A stretch of 64,000 nucleotides of DNA from Octopus bimaculoides (Eukaryota). The notes under the pieces were generated by a model that was given only the letters and a program-made list of their open reading frames with translations, did not search any database and was not told the origin of the DNA. The first letter of the stretch is position 1. Each line of letters opens with the position of its first letter. The stretch is from contig NC_068999.1 in NCBI RefSeq assembly GCF_001194135.2, forward strand, positions 50,177,926 to 50,241,925, in the 5' to 3' direction. Shown in pieces: positions 11,331 to 24,430 of this stretch. A program made the translations under genes and the position numbers.

Positions 11331-12436
11331 CTGAAATACAAGGAGGAAAAGAAATTAGTGCAACTAACTACAAAACAATAATGGTGGTAGCAGCTGCTAC
11401 TGTTACTGCAAAAGTCAAGACTGATTCTACTCGCGGTCGGCATCACCACCGAGATGATGGCCTTTCGATCGCACCAACGGCTGTGTGTTCGCTGCTGATC
11501 GCTCGCTCGCTTCTTTCTCACTGCTACGACTCACTCGACCAACTCATCATCCGTCGACCGNNNNNNNNNNNNNNNNNNNNNNNNNNNNNNNNNNNNNNNN
11601 NNNNNNNNNNNNNNNNNNNNNNNNNNNNNNNNNNNNNNNNNNNNNNNNNNNNNNNNNNNNNNNNNNNNNNNNNNNNNNNNNNNNNNNNNNNNNNNNNNNN
11701 NNNNNNNNNNNNNNNNNNNNNNNNNNNNNNNNNNNNNNNNNNNNNNNNNNNNNNNNNNNNNNNNNNNNNNNNNNNNNNNNNNNNNNNNNNNNNNNNNNNN
11801 NNNNNNNNNNNNNNNNNNNNNNNNNNNNNNNNNNNNNNNNNNNNNNNNNNNNNNNNNNNNNNNNNNNNNNNNNNNNNNNNNNNNNNNNNNNNNNNNNNNN
11901 NNNNNNNNNNNNNNNNNNNNNNNNNNNNNNNNNNNNNNNNNNNNNNNNNNNNNNNNNNNNNNNNNNNNNNNNNNNNNNNNNNNNNNNNNNNNNNNNNNNN
12001 NNNNNNNNNNNNNNNNNNNNNNNNNNNNNNNNNNNNNNNNNNNNNNNNNNNNNNNNNNNNNNNNNNNNNNNNNNNNNNNNNNNNNNNNNNNNNNNNNNNN
12101 NNNNNNNNNNNNNNNNNNNNNNNNNNNNNNNNNNNNNNNNNNNNNNNNNNNNNNNNNNNNNNNNNNNNNNNNNNNNNNNNNNNNNNNNNNNNNNNNNNNN
12201 NNNNNNNNNNNNNNTATATATATCATACATGTATGTATATATGTATTAGATTGGAGATGAACACTGATGCTCTATGTAATAGGCTTGATAATTGTTACAG
12301 GCTTCTTTAACATGAAACCAAAGCTAGTTTTATCCCATAAATACAGACTCTTTAGCCATCAATACAGCACTGAGCACCCATTCTCATTGTTTGATATTTA
12401 CTTGGATATGTACCTAAGTAGAAAGGTAGATCGGTT

Positions 12437-12470
<34 letters not shown>

Positions 12471-12517
12471 CAGACAGGAAGGCAGGCAGACAGACAGACA
12501 TGATATGATATACTCAC

Positions 12518-12592
12518 TTATCTGCTATTGTTGCTAACTGTTCATCGTTGACGGCTCTTCGCACCTCAGCACGGTGCCGCTCTGTAGATATG
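12518..12592 (-). CDS. EMSY: EMSY coding exon 2 (ENT domain)
   Basis: CAG acceptor and GTGAGT donor; phase 2-2; encodes (S)ISTERHRAEVRRAVNDEQLATIAD(K), nearly identical to EMSY. Too short for the ORF track. Confidence 0.95.
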
Positions 12593-13372
12593 CTGCAATA
12601 AGGAAATGACATTCATGAATATATCTCTTCCTCAGTTAAAATTTTAAAAGTTGAGAAATACGGAAATACAAAAAGATAGACATACATACAGATGCACCTA
12701 TGTACATAAACATGTGTAGCTATCTCACCTACATATTTAATATAATTTGGGAAAGACACAAACACTGTGACTTTTAAATTAAATTTCTACATGGTGACTT
12801 GACCTGCTAAAAATAAAACCCAAATCTCTCTCAAGTCACACCCTACAGTCTTAAAAAAAATTAATAAGAAAATGGATAATGGAGTCTGAGACATTCTATA
12901 GCAGGGGAAGTGCATTGTTGATCCTTAAGGGATGACTTGGGGTTAAACAACAATAACTCCTGCCCCTTGAAATAAAAAAGGTTAACCACATAAAGATGAC
13001 CACTACTGATCATTAAGGGTTAATGGTTATGAAGTAAATTACATCATTTACCATCATAGTTTTAATGTCCACTCTTCCATGCTCGCATGGGTTGGATGGA
13101 ATTTATTGAGGTATATTTTCTACAGCTGGATGTCCTTCCTGCCAACAACCCTCATCCATTTCTGGATGGGATAATATTCCCCAATGGCTAGACGTGTTTT
13201 CACAAAATATTGGAAATGAATGACATTTACAACAAATCACACCATGTCAAAACAAGGAAATATAAACATACACAAAGGCACAAAATTACATACATCTATA
13301 CATTATACACACACACAAACAAACATAAATAAAAATATATATATAATGTTTGTTCGTGTGTGTATATATATG

Positions 13373-13422
<50 letters not shown>

Positions 13423-13696
13423 TATCAATAGGCTTCTTTCAGTTTTTTCCAACCAAATCTACTCACAAACCTTTGGTTGGTCTGTGTTTACAATAGAAGA
13501 CATGCCCAAAGTGCCACACAAGGTGGGACTGAACCTGGAACCATGTGGCTGGGAAGCAAATTAACCACACACCCACACACAAATAGGAATACATCTTCAA
13601 GGAACATTTAGGCATACAAGAATTATTTTATTTCAAATAGCAAAACCAAAACCAACACAATAACAAAACAGGAATTAACACTGGTTTGGCACAAAC

Positions 13697-13857
13697 CTCA
13701 AAGCATGCTGTAGGTCTTTGAGTATCTTTTTCTTATCTTTGGTGAGAATTCCTTGTGCTCTGAATGCAGAGATGAGGGAAGAATAGGCTTCAAGCTCCAG
13801 GCGGCGTAGAATCCGTTTAGACTCATCCCGAGATAAGTCCAGTAACAATGGCCACAT
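13697..13857 (-). CDS. EMSY: EMSY coding exon 1 (ENT domain N-terminal half)
   Basis: Translates MWPLLLDLSRDESKRILRRLELEAYSSLISAFRAQGILTKDKKKILKDLQHAL, closely matching the remembered vertebrate EMSY N-terminus (WPTLLDLSRDECKRILRKLELEAY). GTTTGT donor follows 13697 (phase 2). An in-frame TGA lies upstream if the AAG acceptor near 13921 is used. Confidence 0.93.
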
Positions 13858-14574
13858 ACTGCCACCAGCTGCTGCCACCTGGTGCAGGTTACTGAAAGTT
13901 TGGATGGAACATCATGAGAGCTTTAGGAAATAAATGAAAAAAAAAAAAGATAATTTATATAAAAATTAAAATTAAACAATGCACAGTATATAACAACATA
14001 AAAATATTTTTTTTAATTTTAAGTTTTTAATACTAATTGTTTAAACAACGTTTTCATTCCTTCATTATAAATATGTGTGTGTATTCTTGAACTGTATAAA
14101 TCAGAAATTCATATCCCATGACCAAGTGGAACAGCTTGTTAGGGCAGTGGGGAATTTATGAATAATATTTATTTAGCAGTATCAGCACTAAGTAGTGTTC
14201 AGGCGTATGCGAAATTTAGGTGTTTGTGACATATTTCAACGTCTAAAGACAAATTCGCTGCAGTTACTCTATCTGCCCAGTGCAGCTCGTTATTGGATTC
14301 CCAGATGTGTTTCTATCTCTTTAGCCATTATCCATGGGATATACTGAAGGGAGGTAAGTAAGTCTAGGCAGAATCTTAAAACTGTAACTTTAACTAAAAC
14401 ACTGAATTGTGCCATGGAAACAGCCAGGTCAGAAGAATCCCAGCAGTATTAGTAGTGCCAAGCAGTGCTTAGGCACATATGAACTTTAGGGGAGTCGAAA
14501 TATACTTGTGACACATTTCAATTTCTGAAGGCAAAAAACTGAGGGAAGCTTTCGAAAGAGGAATATTCCTATAC

Positions 14575-14975
14575 CAGGGATGTGCTGCCTAGGTAGGCAA
14601 GGTAGGAAGTGACTACCTTGAATAAAATAGATCAATAGCAACATTTTCTTCCCATGGCAAAATATGCACCTAATTCAATATAATTATGAAGGTTAGTCTG
14701 ATTATTATGCATAAAATGCAAAATGTTTTATTTTTTTGTAAATTAGGTAGGCATTATTCACCCCTGCTTTTCAATCTCAGTATTTAAGCTATGCATAATA
14801 ATGCTGTAGTACACGTGCTGCATACATTTCTACAACACTTATAAAAGTAGAAACAGATCTGCCTTCAACTCAGTTGCGTGCCCGTGTTTTTCTTTTTTTC
14901 TTTTTTTTCTGCGTGTTTTACTAGATAAAGGTCGTCAACTGCCTACCCTGAGTAATTACTGACAGCTCGTGCCTG
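14575..14975. mobile_element. Non-autonomous hAT element
   Basis: CAGG...CCTG imperfect TIRs; perfect 8-bp TSD TCCTATAC at 14567-14574 and 14976-14983. Confidence 0.85.
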
Positions 14976-17228
14976 TCCTATACATTAAAACATAGAATGG
15001 CAAATCCTTAACAGAAAGTCAAATTCTTTTCCTTCAAGTCAGTCCTTCTATATCAAATGGTCAGATGAATGCTCTTCTGTTCTGGTTATCTTTGAAACAT
15101 AAACATAACTGAAATCTTCATTTACTTTCAGAAAAATCTTAATGGCACAACTAAAGCTAAGTCTTTATCAAGCGAGAGATATGTTTACCAATTTCTATTA
15201 GTGAATCCATTTCCCTTTTCTGTTTCAAACAGGTGCTTTATTTGTTCATTTGTTCATTTAGTATGCTTTTCCATATAAGTTGACAATAACAGTAATGAAG
15301 GCATTTTTTTTACAGCTAGATGCTCTTCTCGTTGCTAATCCTTAGCTGTATTTCAAGTAAGAGATTTTTCTTCCACGTACCATCAAAAGTGCTGAGTTAC
15401 AAGACAATGTGTTGACAGGAAATTGTCAACATAACTTTACAGCTTTTGCTCAAGTAATTTCCTATGAAGACATCAAAGAATATAAATATTCACATCACCA
15501 CCACTTTAACATCCAGTTTTCCACGCTTGCATGGGTCTGACAGTCTTTTATCAAAGCAGGGTTTCTACAGCCAGATGCCCTTCCTGTCGTCAACCACTAG
15601 CTGTTTCTAAACACAGTAATATTTTCCCGTGGTCAGACATGTTTCTGCAGTATACTAGAAATGACATTCGTTTACGGCAACCACACAACATTAAGACAAA
15701 GTGACATAAACACACATACGCATATATAGGGCAGAAACTAACTTCACTCACAAAGCTTTTGTTAGCCGAGGACTATTGAAAACACTAGGCCAGGTTGCCA
15801 CACAATAGGATTGAACCTGAAACCATGTGGTCGGGGGGGGGGGACTCCTTCCACACAACCCACCTGCACCTATATATTTATGTGTGTGTGCGCATGCACA
15901 CGCATTAACACACACAAATATGGATCCCACCACCCCCCAGAGGTAAAAATAGGCTTGTGCAGGGCCAACACGCCTATCTAGGAAAAAGTAAAGTTACAGA
16001 GTTATACAAAAGTGTTGATGACAATTCAAAACTATCAAGGCCTGGAAGAGGGGAACCATCCCTCAAGGACAGAGAGGTTGTATCCTCCCAGAGTCAAGGA
16101 CAGTATAGAAAAATTCATAAATGGCCTATATTCCATGGGGGAATAAATAAGAAATTACAATTTAGTAATACTGAATATTTTTATAATCTATTCAAAATCT
16201 AATTACAACATTTTTTTGTTTTTTTAAATGTCATTCCTTCTTCATGCAAGTCTGAACAGTACCAGGTTATCGATGTCTGAAAGTGAGAGGAGAGGACATT
16301 TGGAATCATCTCAGAAAATTACTAAGTGAAACACAGGTCGTTCACCTTGATGCTATCTGGCAGAGACCACATAGGCACTGGAGCTTGGCTAAATAGATTC
16401 AGAAAAGCTTGCAGCTGTTATATGTGCTTGTATATCTGCTCTACTTGGGCTTCAGTCTTAACACAGTGAGCATGAATCCTCTCTCTTTCTCAGTATGTTG
16501 ACTCCGTCTAAGGCAAAAAAAAAAAAAGTTCAGTGACATTTGTGTACGTTGGCAACTGTAAAACATTCTCCTTACTATCCTCCATGAAGTTAAGTGTCCA
16601 ACTGATAGGCAGAGAGAGAGACGAGGAAGTTTAGCTCGTATCATATAAAAAGAAGGACATGGCTGTGTAATCAAAAATATACTATGTTTGAGGATTGGGG
16701 GAAGGATGGGCTGATTAGAACTGAGAAAGATTTGGTACACAGGTCTCTTTGACCAGATCTGATCTTAGGGCTAAACTGCACACACGCAAACACACACACA
16801 CACACAGACACATACACACGTGAGCAGCAAACAGCATGTCTGTCAGCCTACTACTCCTCAACGTTAGAGAGAGAGAGAGAGAGGAAACTGCTATTCATCA
16901 TATATATTGTTTACAGGCTACCTGCTAAACTTAGGTGTGNNNNNNNNNNNNNNNNNNNNNNNNNNNNNNNNNNNNNNNNNNNNNNNNNNNNNNNNNNNNN
17001 NNNNNNNNNNNNATGTCTATAAATACATCCTATTCTGGTCTACTTAGTAAAAATGTTAAAAACTGGCCAAATTTCAAATTTAACTTTATAAAATTTTAAC
17101 GCATAATATGCCAATTGGCTGTTCGGATCTCTTCAAAAACACACGCAATTTTCTATATCATCATTATCAATTTATTTATTTTTTGCAAAATTTTAAATAA
17201 TGCCATGGCAATTTTCTGTCTACTACAA

Positions 17229-17260
<32 letters not shown>

Positions 17261-19335
17261 TAATCATGGTTTCAAATTTTGGCACAAGGCCAGCAATTTT
17301 AGGAGACGGGTGTAGTTGATTACATCAACACCAATATTTAACTGGTACTTTATTTTATCATCCTCAAAAGGATGAAAGGCAAGGTTGACGGCTGAATTTG
17401 AACTCCAAACATTAAACACCAGAAGAAATGCAGCTAAGCATTTTGTCTGGCATGTAAATGATACTGCTCATTCGTTGCCTTAATAATAATAATAATAATA
17501 ATCTTTTCTAAGAAAGGCACAAGGTCTGAAATTTAGGAGGAGGGGGCTAGTCGATTACATCAACACGAGAAGGATGGAAGGTAAAGTTGACCGCCTCGGA
17601 ATTTGAATTCAGAACATAAAGACAGACGAAATGTCGTTAGCATTTTGTCCAGTATGCAGTGGTCCTACTCCTTTCAATGCCTCAATAAATGAATAAATAA
17701 ATAAGCAATAATAACAACAACAACAATCATGATTTCTCTTTATTAACCTCTACAGGTTTACAAAGAGATCGAGGATGATACAATACAAAATAATAATGAT
17801 AATAATCGGAGTAGTAATGGAAATAGAAGACGTATTACAAAAAAGGAAAAAAAAAAGTCTCACTTCAAATGACCACTAAAAAAAACAAAAAAACAATGGA
17901 CTAGATAGCAATCTCGCCTTTTATTCTGCATTCTTCTATATTTTGTTTGATCAGAGAAATCTAACTCCATTTGGCGACTAAAAGGGAAAGCAAAAAAAAA
18001 AAAAAAAAATTCATAAAAGAGTCTCTGAAATACTGCGAACCTACAACTAACTCATATCAACATAGGACTAGCAGAAGCAATACATGTGCTAGTTAGTGCT
18101 GATCATAGTAGTAGTAGAAGTAGTAGTAGCAGCAGCAGTGATATGGAACCAGTGATGACTTTTGCATGAAGTGAGTCTGCCTGCAACGGAGACTCACAAG
18201 CAGGTTGTTGCAGCTGTGAATGTTGGGAGTGCTGTGGTTTATAGCCCCAGGCCAGCTGTGATAGAGCAGCTGTGATCAAAGACCTGACATGCAAAGCCAA
18301 ATAAATGCATAAGAGTATTAAGTGATAGAGCACTGTGATGAGCGAAGTAGCTGCGGCAACAGTAGTCAAATATACATAAGGAGACTATGTGAAAAAAGGT
18401 ACTACTTCAAGATTTATATAATGTATCTTTTATCTTTTACTTCTTCCAGTCATTAGACTGCGGCCATGCTGGAGCTTCAAGAATTTTAGTCGAGTATGTT
18501 CGAGGGAGCTTATACATGCCACCAGCACGGGAGCCAGTCATGGGGCACTGGCATCAACCACGTTCACATGGTGATTTTTATGTGCTACCGGCACGAGGAG
18601 CCAGTCAGGCAGCAGTAGCATTGACCCATGCTCGAATGGTGCTTATTGCGTGCCACCTGCATGGACATAAATAAATAAGCTTTACATTTGACAAAGTAAT
18701 CTGAATGCTAAAGGGTTACACAGACACTTAATGCATCCCTGGTTGTGATGCAGAAGTCATGGCAACAATGGACAAAAGAATTGGGTTGACAAGTATTTGG
18801 CTTTCATACAGAGGAGAGTTGATTTTAGCCCCAGGTCAACCTTGAAGCAGATTGGTGACAGACTAAAGGTATTCCACCCATGATGATCGTGCCTTTTCCC
18901 AATGGCTACATATCCTACACTTATGTTTTTGAGACAACATTGAAAGTCAAGGGATATTTGGCTATTATTTCCAGCAGCAAGAGTAACCGCATAGAAGCAA
19001 ATTTGCTGGTTCCAGTAGAGATGTATGGTGGGCAGAAATTAGTAGTAGGTAAATGCAAATATTAACATACAAGTAAAACCATTAGCGACTTAATAGCGAC
19101 AATGGCTGTTCTTTTATCAAAAGAATATACTGTTGCTAGGTTGCTAGGTAATAGTTTATCACTAAGTATAGTCATAACTAGCTGAAACCAAATATTGATG
19201 GTGATAACATTTATGTGCTTTTGTACTAAGAACACCCACTCTCTTGGTGGCACAGTCTTACTAGCTTAAAACTGCTACTACAGGCATTAATTCTATTAGA
19301 CCAGTAGTTGGTGCTATTTTAGTTTTGAAATATAT

Positions 19336-19724
19336 AGGCGTAGGAGTGGCTGTGTGGTAAGTAGCTTGTTTATCAACTACATGGTTCTGGGTTCAGTCCC
19401 ACTGCATGGTACCTTGGGCAAGTGTCTTCTACTATAGCCTCGGGCCAACTAAAGCCTTGTCAGTGGATTTGGTAGACAGAAACTGAAAGAAGCCTGTCAT
19501 GTGTGTGTGTATATATATATGTATGTATATGTTTGTGTGTCTGTGTTTGTCACCCTAACATCACTTGACAACTGATGCTGGTGTGTTTACGTCCCTGTAA
19601 CTTAGCGGTTCGGCAAAAGAGACCGATAGAATAAGTACTAGGCTTACAAAGAATAAATCCTGGGGTTGATTTGCTCGACTAAAGGCGGTGCTCCAGCAAG
19701 GCCGCAGTCAAATGACTGAAACGA
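19336..19724 (+). mobile_element. Abundant tRNA-derived SINE with internal (TA/TG)n; other copies at 47204-47660, 29563-29660 (minus), 58380-58600 (minus) and elsewhere
   Basis: Recurrent GGTTCAGTCCCACTG...GGGCAAGTGTCTTCTACTATAGCC...GTGGATTTGGTAGAC sequence in dozens of copies across the window. Confidence 0.85.
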
Positions 19725-19898
19725 GGTTGCCATNNNNNNNNNNNNNNNNNNNNNNNNNNNNNNNNNNNNNNNNNNNNNNNNNNNNNNNNNNNNNNNNNNN
19801 NNNNNNNNNNNNNNNNNNNNNNNNNNNNNNNNNNNNNNNNNNNNNNNNNNNNNNNNNNNNNNNNNNNNNNNNNNNNNNNNNNNNNNNNNNNNNNNNNC

Positions 19899-20560
19899 AA
19901 CCTTTGTTTTGAGTTGAAGAATTGGCTGAGTGCCAATCTTGCAGCGAGAACGTTGATCATGATCCCTTTTCTAAAAGCCCCATCTAACATTTTGACTAGA
20001 CCTGCCTCTACTTTGTTTCTTTCTACTGCTAGTCCTCTGCCAAACCTTACTGATTCAATTCTAATTGCCCTTTTCAGAGCAAACCATCATTTATTGTTGA
20101 TTATTGCCCCCTTCAATGCCCCCTTAACTAGTTCACTAATCTGCTCACTGACATCTTTACGCGTCAGCAACATGTTCAGCTTCCAGTAACTGGGTCCCTG
20201 TCTATGAAGCCTATCTAAGTTGACTGTACAGATCACAAATTTGTAGTCTATGTAGTAGACTACTTTAAACCGTGGACAATTTATGCTATCCTTATCTGCT
20301 ATTCAACAGAATACCCTATCTAGATATGATCTGGATATCCCGATGCAGTTTGACCAGGTCCACACTGGCACATCCAGGAAATCCAGTCGATACCTGTCAG
20401 ACAGTTGGAATTGTCTGTCTGAAGTCCGTGTTGTTATTTGACAGACAGCACAAACCCCAGGTAGACAAAATATCGTCAATCAACGTCACGATATTGTATA
20501 CTGTGCAACGTCTGCACATGGGTAGTCATGATGGGTATACTGGGCTTCGTATATTTTACC
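19899..20560 (-). mobile_element. L1/Tx1-clade LINE ORF2 fragment (end of APE endonuclease and linker), degraded
   Basis: Minus-strand translation gives YLDRVF...IDYKFVICTVNLDRLHRQGPSYWKLNMLL; the YWKLN..L motif is typical of L1/Tx1 ORF2. Internal stops. Confidence 0.7.
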
Positions 20561-20585
20561 CCAGTGTCACTTTGATGGCATGCAC

Positions 20586-20619
<34 letters not shown>

Positions 20620-21020
20620 CAATATCTAGAGTGACATGCTAACTTTAAAGCAAATGAGAGATCATTAAAAAGTGGTTAACATAAACATTTCAAGAGAATG
20701 AAGAAAAATTTTTTTAAAGAAGACGAAAGAAGACATAATTCAATAAATACAAAAAAAAAAACTGGTGTTAAAGTAGCTAATTGACAAAAGAAAAACACTA
20801 GAAGAAAGCCAATTAATTCAAGTGTTCGGTGGGGAGGAAAACAAAAGACAAAAACAAACACAAACAAAACCAATAGAGAAGGAGCAATGAAGTTTGTATA
20901 AGCTTCATCAGATTAAAGTGGGTTGTTACAGTCAGCTAAGAGAATAAATTGGACTGTTGCTGAATGCAATGGCTGCATGGCAGATTTAGTGTTTCAGTGA
21001 TAATACTACTTCTAATAGTG

Positions 21021-21400
21021 GAGGCGCAATAGCCCAGTGGTTAGGGCAGCGGACTCGGAGTCATAGGATCGCAGTTTTGATTCCCAGACCGGGCGTTGTA
21101 AGTGTTTATTGAGTGAAAACACCTAAAGCTCCACAAGGCTCCAGCAGGGGATGGTGGTGAACCCTGCTGTACTCTTTCACCACAACTTTCTCTCACTTTT
21201 ACTTCCTGTTTCTGTTGTACCTGTAATTCAAAGGGTCAGCCTTGTCACAGTCTGTGTCAAGCTGAATATCTCCGAGAACTACATTAAGGGTACACGTGTC
21301 TGTGGAGTGCTCAGCCACTTGCACGTTAATTTCACGAGCAGGCTGTTCCGTTGATGGGATCAACTGGAACCCTCGACGTCGTTAGCGACGGAGTGCCAAC
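21021..21400 (+). mobile_element. Full-length tRNA-derived SINE with conserved central domain
   Basis: tRNA-like head, central AAGGGTCAGCCTTGTCAC...CTCAGCCACTTGCACG core, (AC)n tail. Confidence 0.85.
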
Positions 21401-24349
21401 ACACACACACTACTATTAATAATAATAATAGGGATGATGATTTCTTTTATTGGCCACAAGGGCCCAAGGCATGGCAGACAATATCAAAGGACAAAGATAC
21501 AACACACAAAAACAGGTGGGGTTTACATCAACCAAAGGGAGACACTATAACATTAAAGGATATATAAATAGAAGTTAGAGGAATAAATGATTAATAAACA
21601 AATAATAAAAATTCTACTATAGACACTCTCCTGTAAACATAAGGCCTGAAACTTCAGGGGAGGGTACTAGTTGATTACACTGACCCCTGTGCTCAACTGG
21701 TACTTATTTTATCGACCCTGGAAGAACGAAAGGCAAAGTCAACCCCAGCAGAATATAATGATAATTCTTTCTACTATAGGTACAAGGCCTGAAATTTTGG
21801 GGGAAGGGGACTAGTTGATTACATCGACCCCAGTGTTTCACTGGTACTTAATTTTATCAACCCTGAAAAGATGAAAGGCAAAGTCAATCTCGGTGGAATT
21901 TGAACTCAGAACGTAAAGACAGAGGAAACGCCACTAAGCATTTTGCCCAGCATGCTAACAATTCTGCCAGCTCACTGCCATAAAAATAATAATTTTTTTA
22001 TTAGCTAGAGAGGGGAGGGGCGCATCATAAAGACAGACAACAATGTTTCGAAAACTCCCTAAGTTCTAATAATACATTTCAGACAGATTCAGAGCCAAAG
22101 TGCTCAAGCAGAAATACTTTTATAGCTAATATTCTGCTCAATACCACAGATTTGCTTGTCAGTTGCTTGATCATAACCACTTGAGCTTGTCCTTCAGTGG
22201 CCGACAATATGTGCATCTCTGATCATAAGCAGGAGTAGGGAGGGAGCATCATAGCTACATGTTAAGAGGGATTCTTTGGGATTTGAGTAACACAACAAAA
22301 GCAAAGTTTGAAGAAAATATAAGCCATTCTTCATACTTACCAGTGGTAAGCAAATAGACAATAACAGTTGTTATCCAAGGGCAAAATTTGTGTTACACAG
22401 GGTAATAACAGTTTTATTGTGGGGATTAAAGACAGTCAATATTTAATTTCTGATTTCACTGATACTTGTATTCTATCAACTTCAAACATTTTGTCATGTC
22501 ACTAGACATTATATGTTAATATACAAAATACACCTTTACTATTAGGGAATAAATATCAGCTCCATTGTGAATGGTATCTGTAGAAAGCCAACATCTGATA
22601 AAGATCATTCTGTTAACCACTTTAGATAATCCTCAACCATTTTTTACCTACTGACTCCTTTGATTACTATTTTACACTGGTGGACCCTGCATAGCTTCCT
22701 GATGTTTAAAAACTAGTTTTATAGATACTTCTTTCAACATTCCTATATTGTTCTTCAAACAATATAGGAATTATGTAAAACATTTGAAAAAGAAACCTTG
22801 CTGTTTCTTCCAATAGGTACATCTAAATCAAAATTTTTTCATGAACCCTTAATATACTAATGTGGGCCCAGATTTACTACTTTGCTTGCATGGTCTCCTA
22901 AAAATCTTATATGGACCCCCCCCCCAGGGGTCATACAGACCCCAGTTGAGAATCACTGGTTATGACCTATTCTGTAACCTCCAAATCCTAAAATGTGATG
23001 CTGGTGAATTAGCAAGCAGTTGCCATTCAGAATCTATCATTTCCCTATTAAAAAAAGAAAAAAAAAGCAAACAATAAAACACTAAAATGTTTGAAATTTT
23101 GGAAAATCTCTAAAAATCTTAAAAGCCCCAGTTCTGGTACCACATAAAAAGCACCCATTACACTTAATAAAGTGGTTGGCATTAGGAATGGCATCCAGCA
23201 GTAGTGGCCATGCCCAAACAGACAATGGAGCCTGTCTCCCCCACCCCCGCCAGCCTTACCAGCTCCTGTTAAACTGTCTACAAGCCATGCCAACATGGAA
23301 AACGGATGAATGATGATGATGATGATGATGATCCAATAAATCTTCAAAATAGTTTTGGTTGTTTAATGAAAATTCGATTTGGTTGTTATGTTTTTGGAGT
23401 ATGATTCTCATAAAATTCCAACCATTTTGCTTCCATGTTTCTCAACCTAAATTGAAAATGGGAATAGATAATCTTGCATACATATGCGTCTTACTTGCTT
23501 CTAATCAATGAATGAAAAAAAAAAACAAAAAAAAACCCCTAAGCTAGTGATCTCAAATTATGTATTATTTCTATTCTAACTCCCTCAAACACATATATAC
23601 TTATAACTTCAGTAATATATTTAAGCAAGCATTTGTTGGGAAAGGAATTCTGATAGTCTGCCAGCGGTGAAGATTCATAGTTGTATTGTGTACACACTGG
23701 TCACCCATTTTCAGCTTGCACAGGATGCATACACTAATTTTTCCACCACTGAATAAAATATGTGTCAGTTTGAGTGTAAATAAAAATAATAATACATATT
23801 TCATAATCGAATTATTTGCTCGACTTAATTGTGAAGAACATCAGGAAGAGAAAATCTTACTTTTCAATCATGAAATTGAATTATAGGCGAGTATATATAC
23901 ACACATACAACACACTGACATATCACGTAAAGGTTACTGAATTAGACAGCAAAACAAAACTATAGTGATTTTTAGAAGTTGGGTGAGGCCTTCTTTGATG
24001 ATACGAGCCTAAAAAAATAGACAATTAGGAGAGGAGACTGTTATGACAAGTTTACAACACACTTCAGGCAAAATTAAACAAACTTTGCAAACGACCACAA
24101 ACAACAATTGCACAAAATTTCATGTCAAACCTATATATTTGAATGTTTTATTCTTTTATTTTGCGTATGTATATGATACTTAAAATCTAATTCTGTTTTG
24201 TTATTGTTCCAACAGTAAGACACACTAAAAGAAAACACAGATTCACATTGATAAACAAATGTTCAAATCGAATTCTGCAACATCCACTCATACATAAGCC
24301 ACTTCATTAAGCTCCAGATGAGGGGGAAAAGGAAAAAAAAAAACTTTAC

Positions 24350-24430
24350 CTATGACTGAGTTAACTTCTCCTTAATTCATCTTTTCCATTTTCCAACTCA
24401 CGCGCGCACAGCTCCCTCTCTCTCTCATCT
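24350..24430 (-). other. EMSY: Candidate non-coding 5' exon of EMSY (5' boundary approximate)
   Basis: TAG|GTAAAG donor after 24350, preceded by a local GC-rich patch (GCGCGCGTGAG) and AAAATGG. It is the only convincing minus-strand donor I found in an otherwise repeat-free region upstream of the coding exons. Confidence 0.45.
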
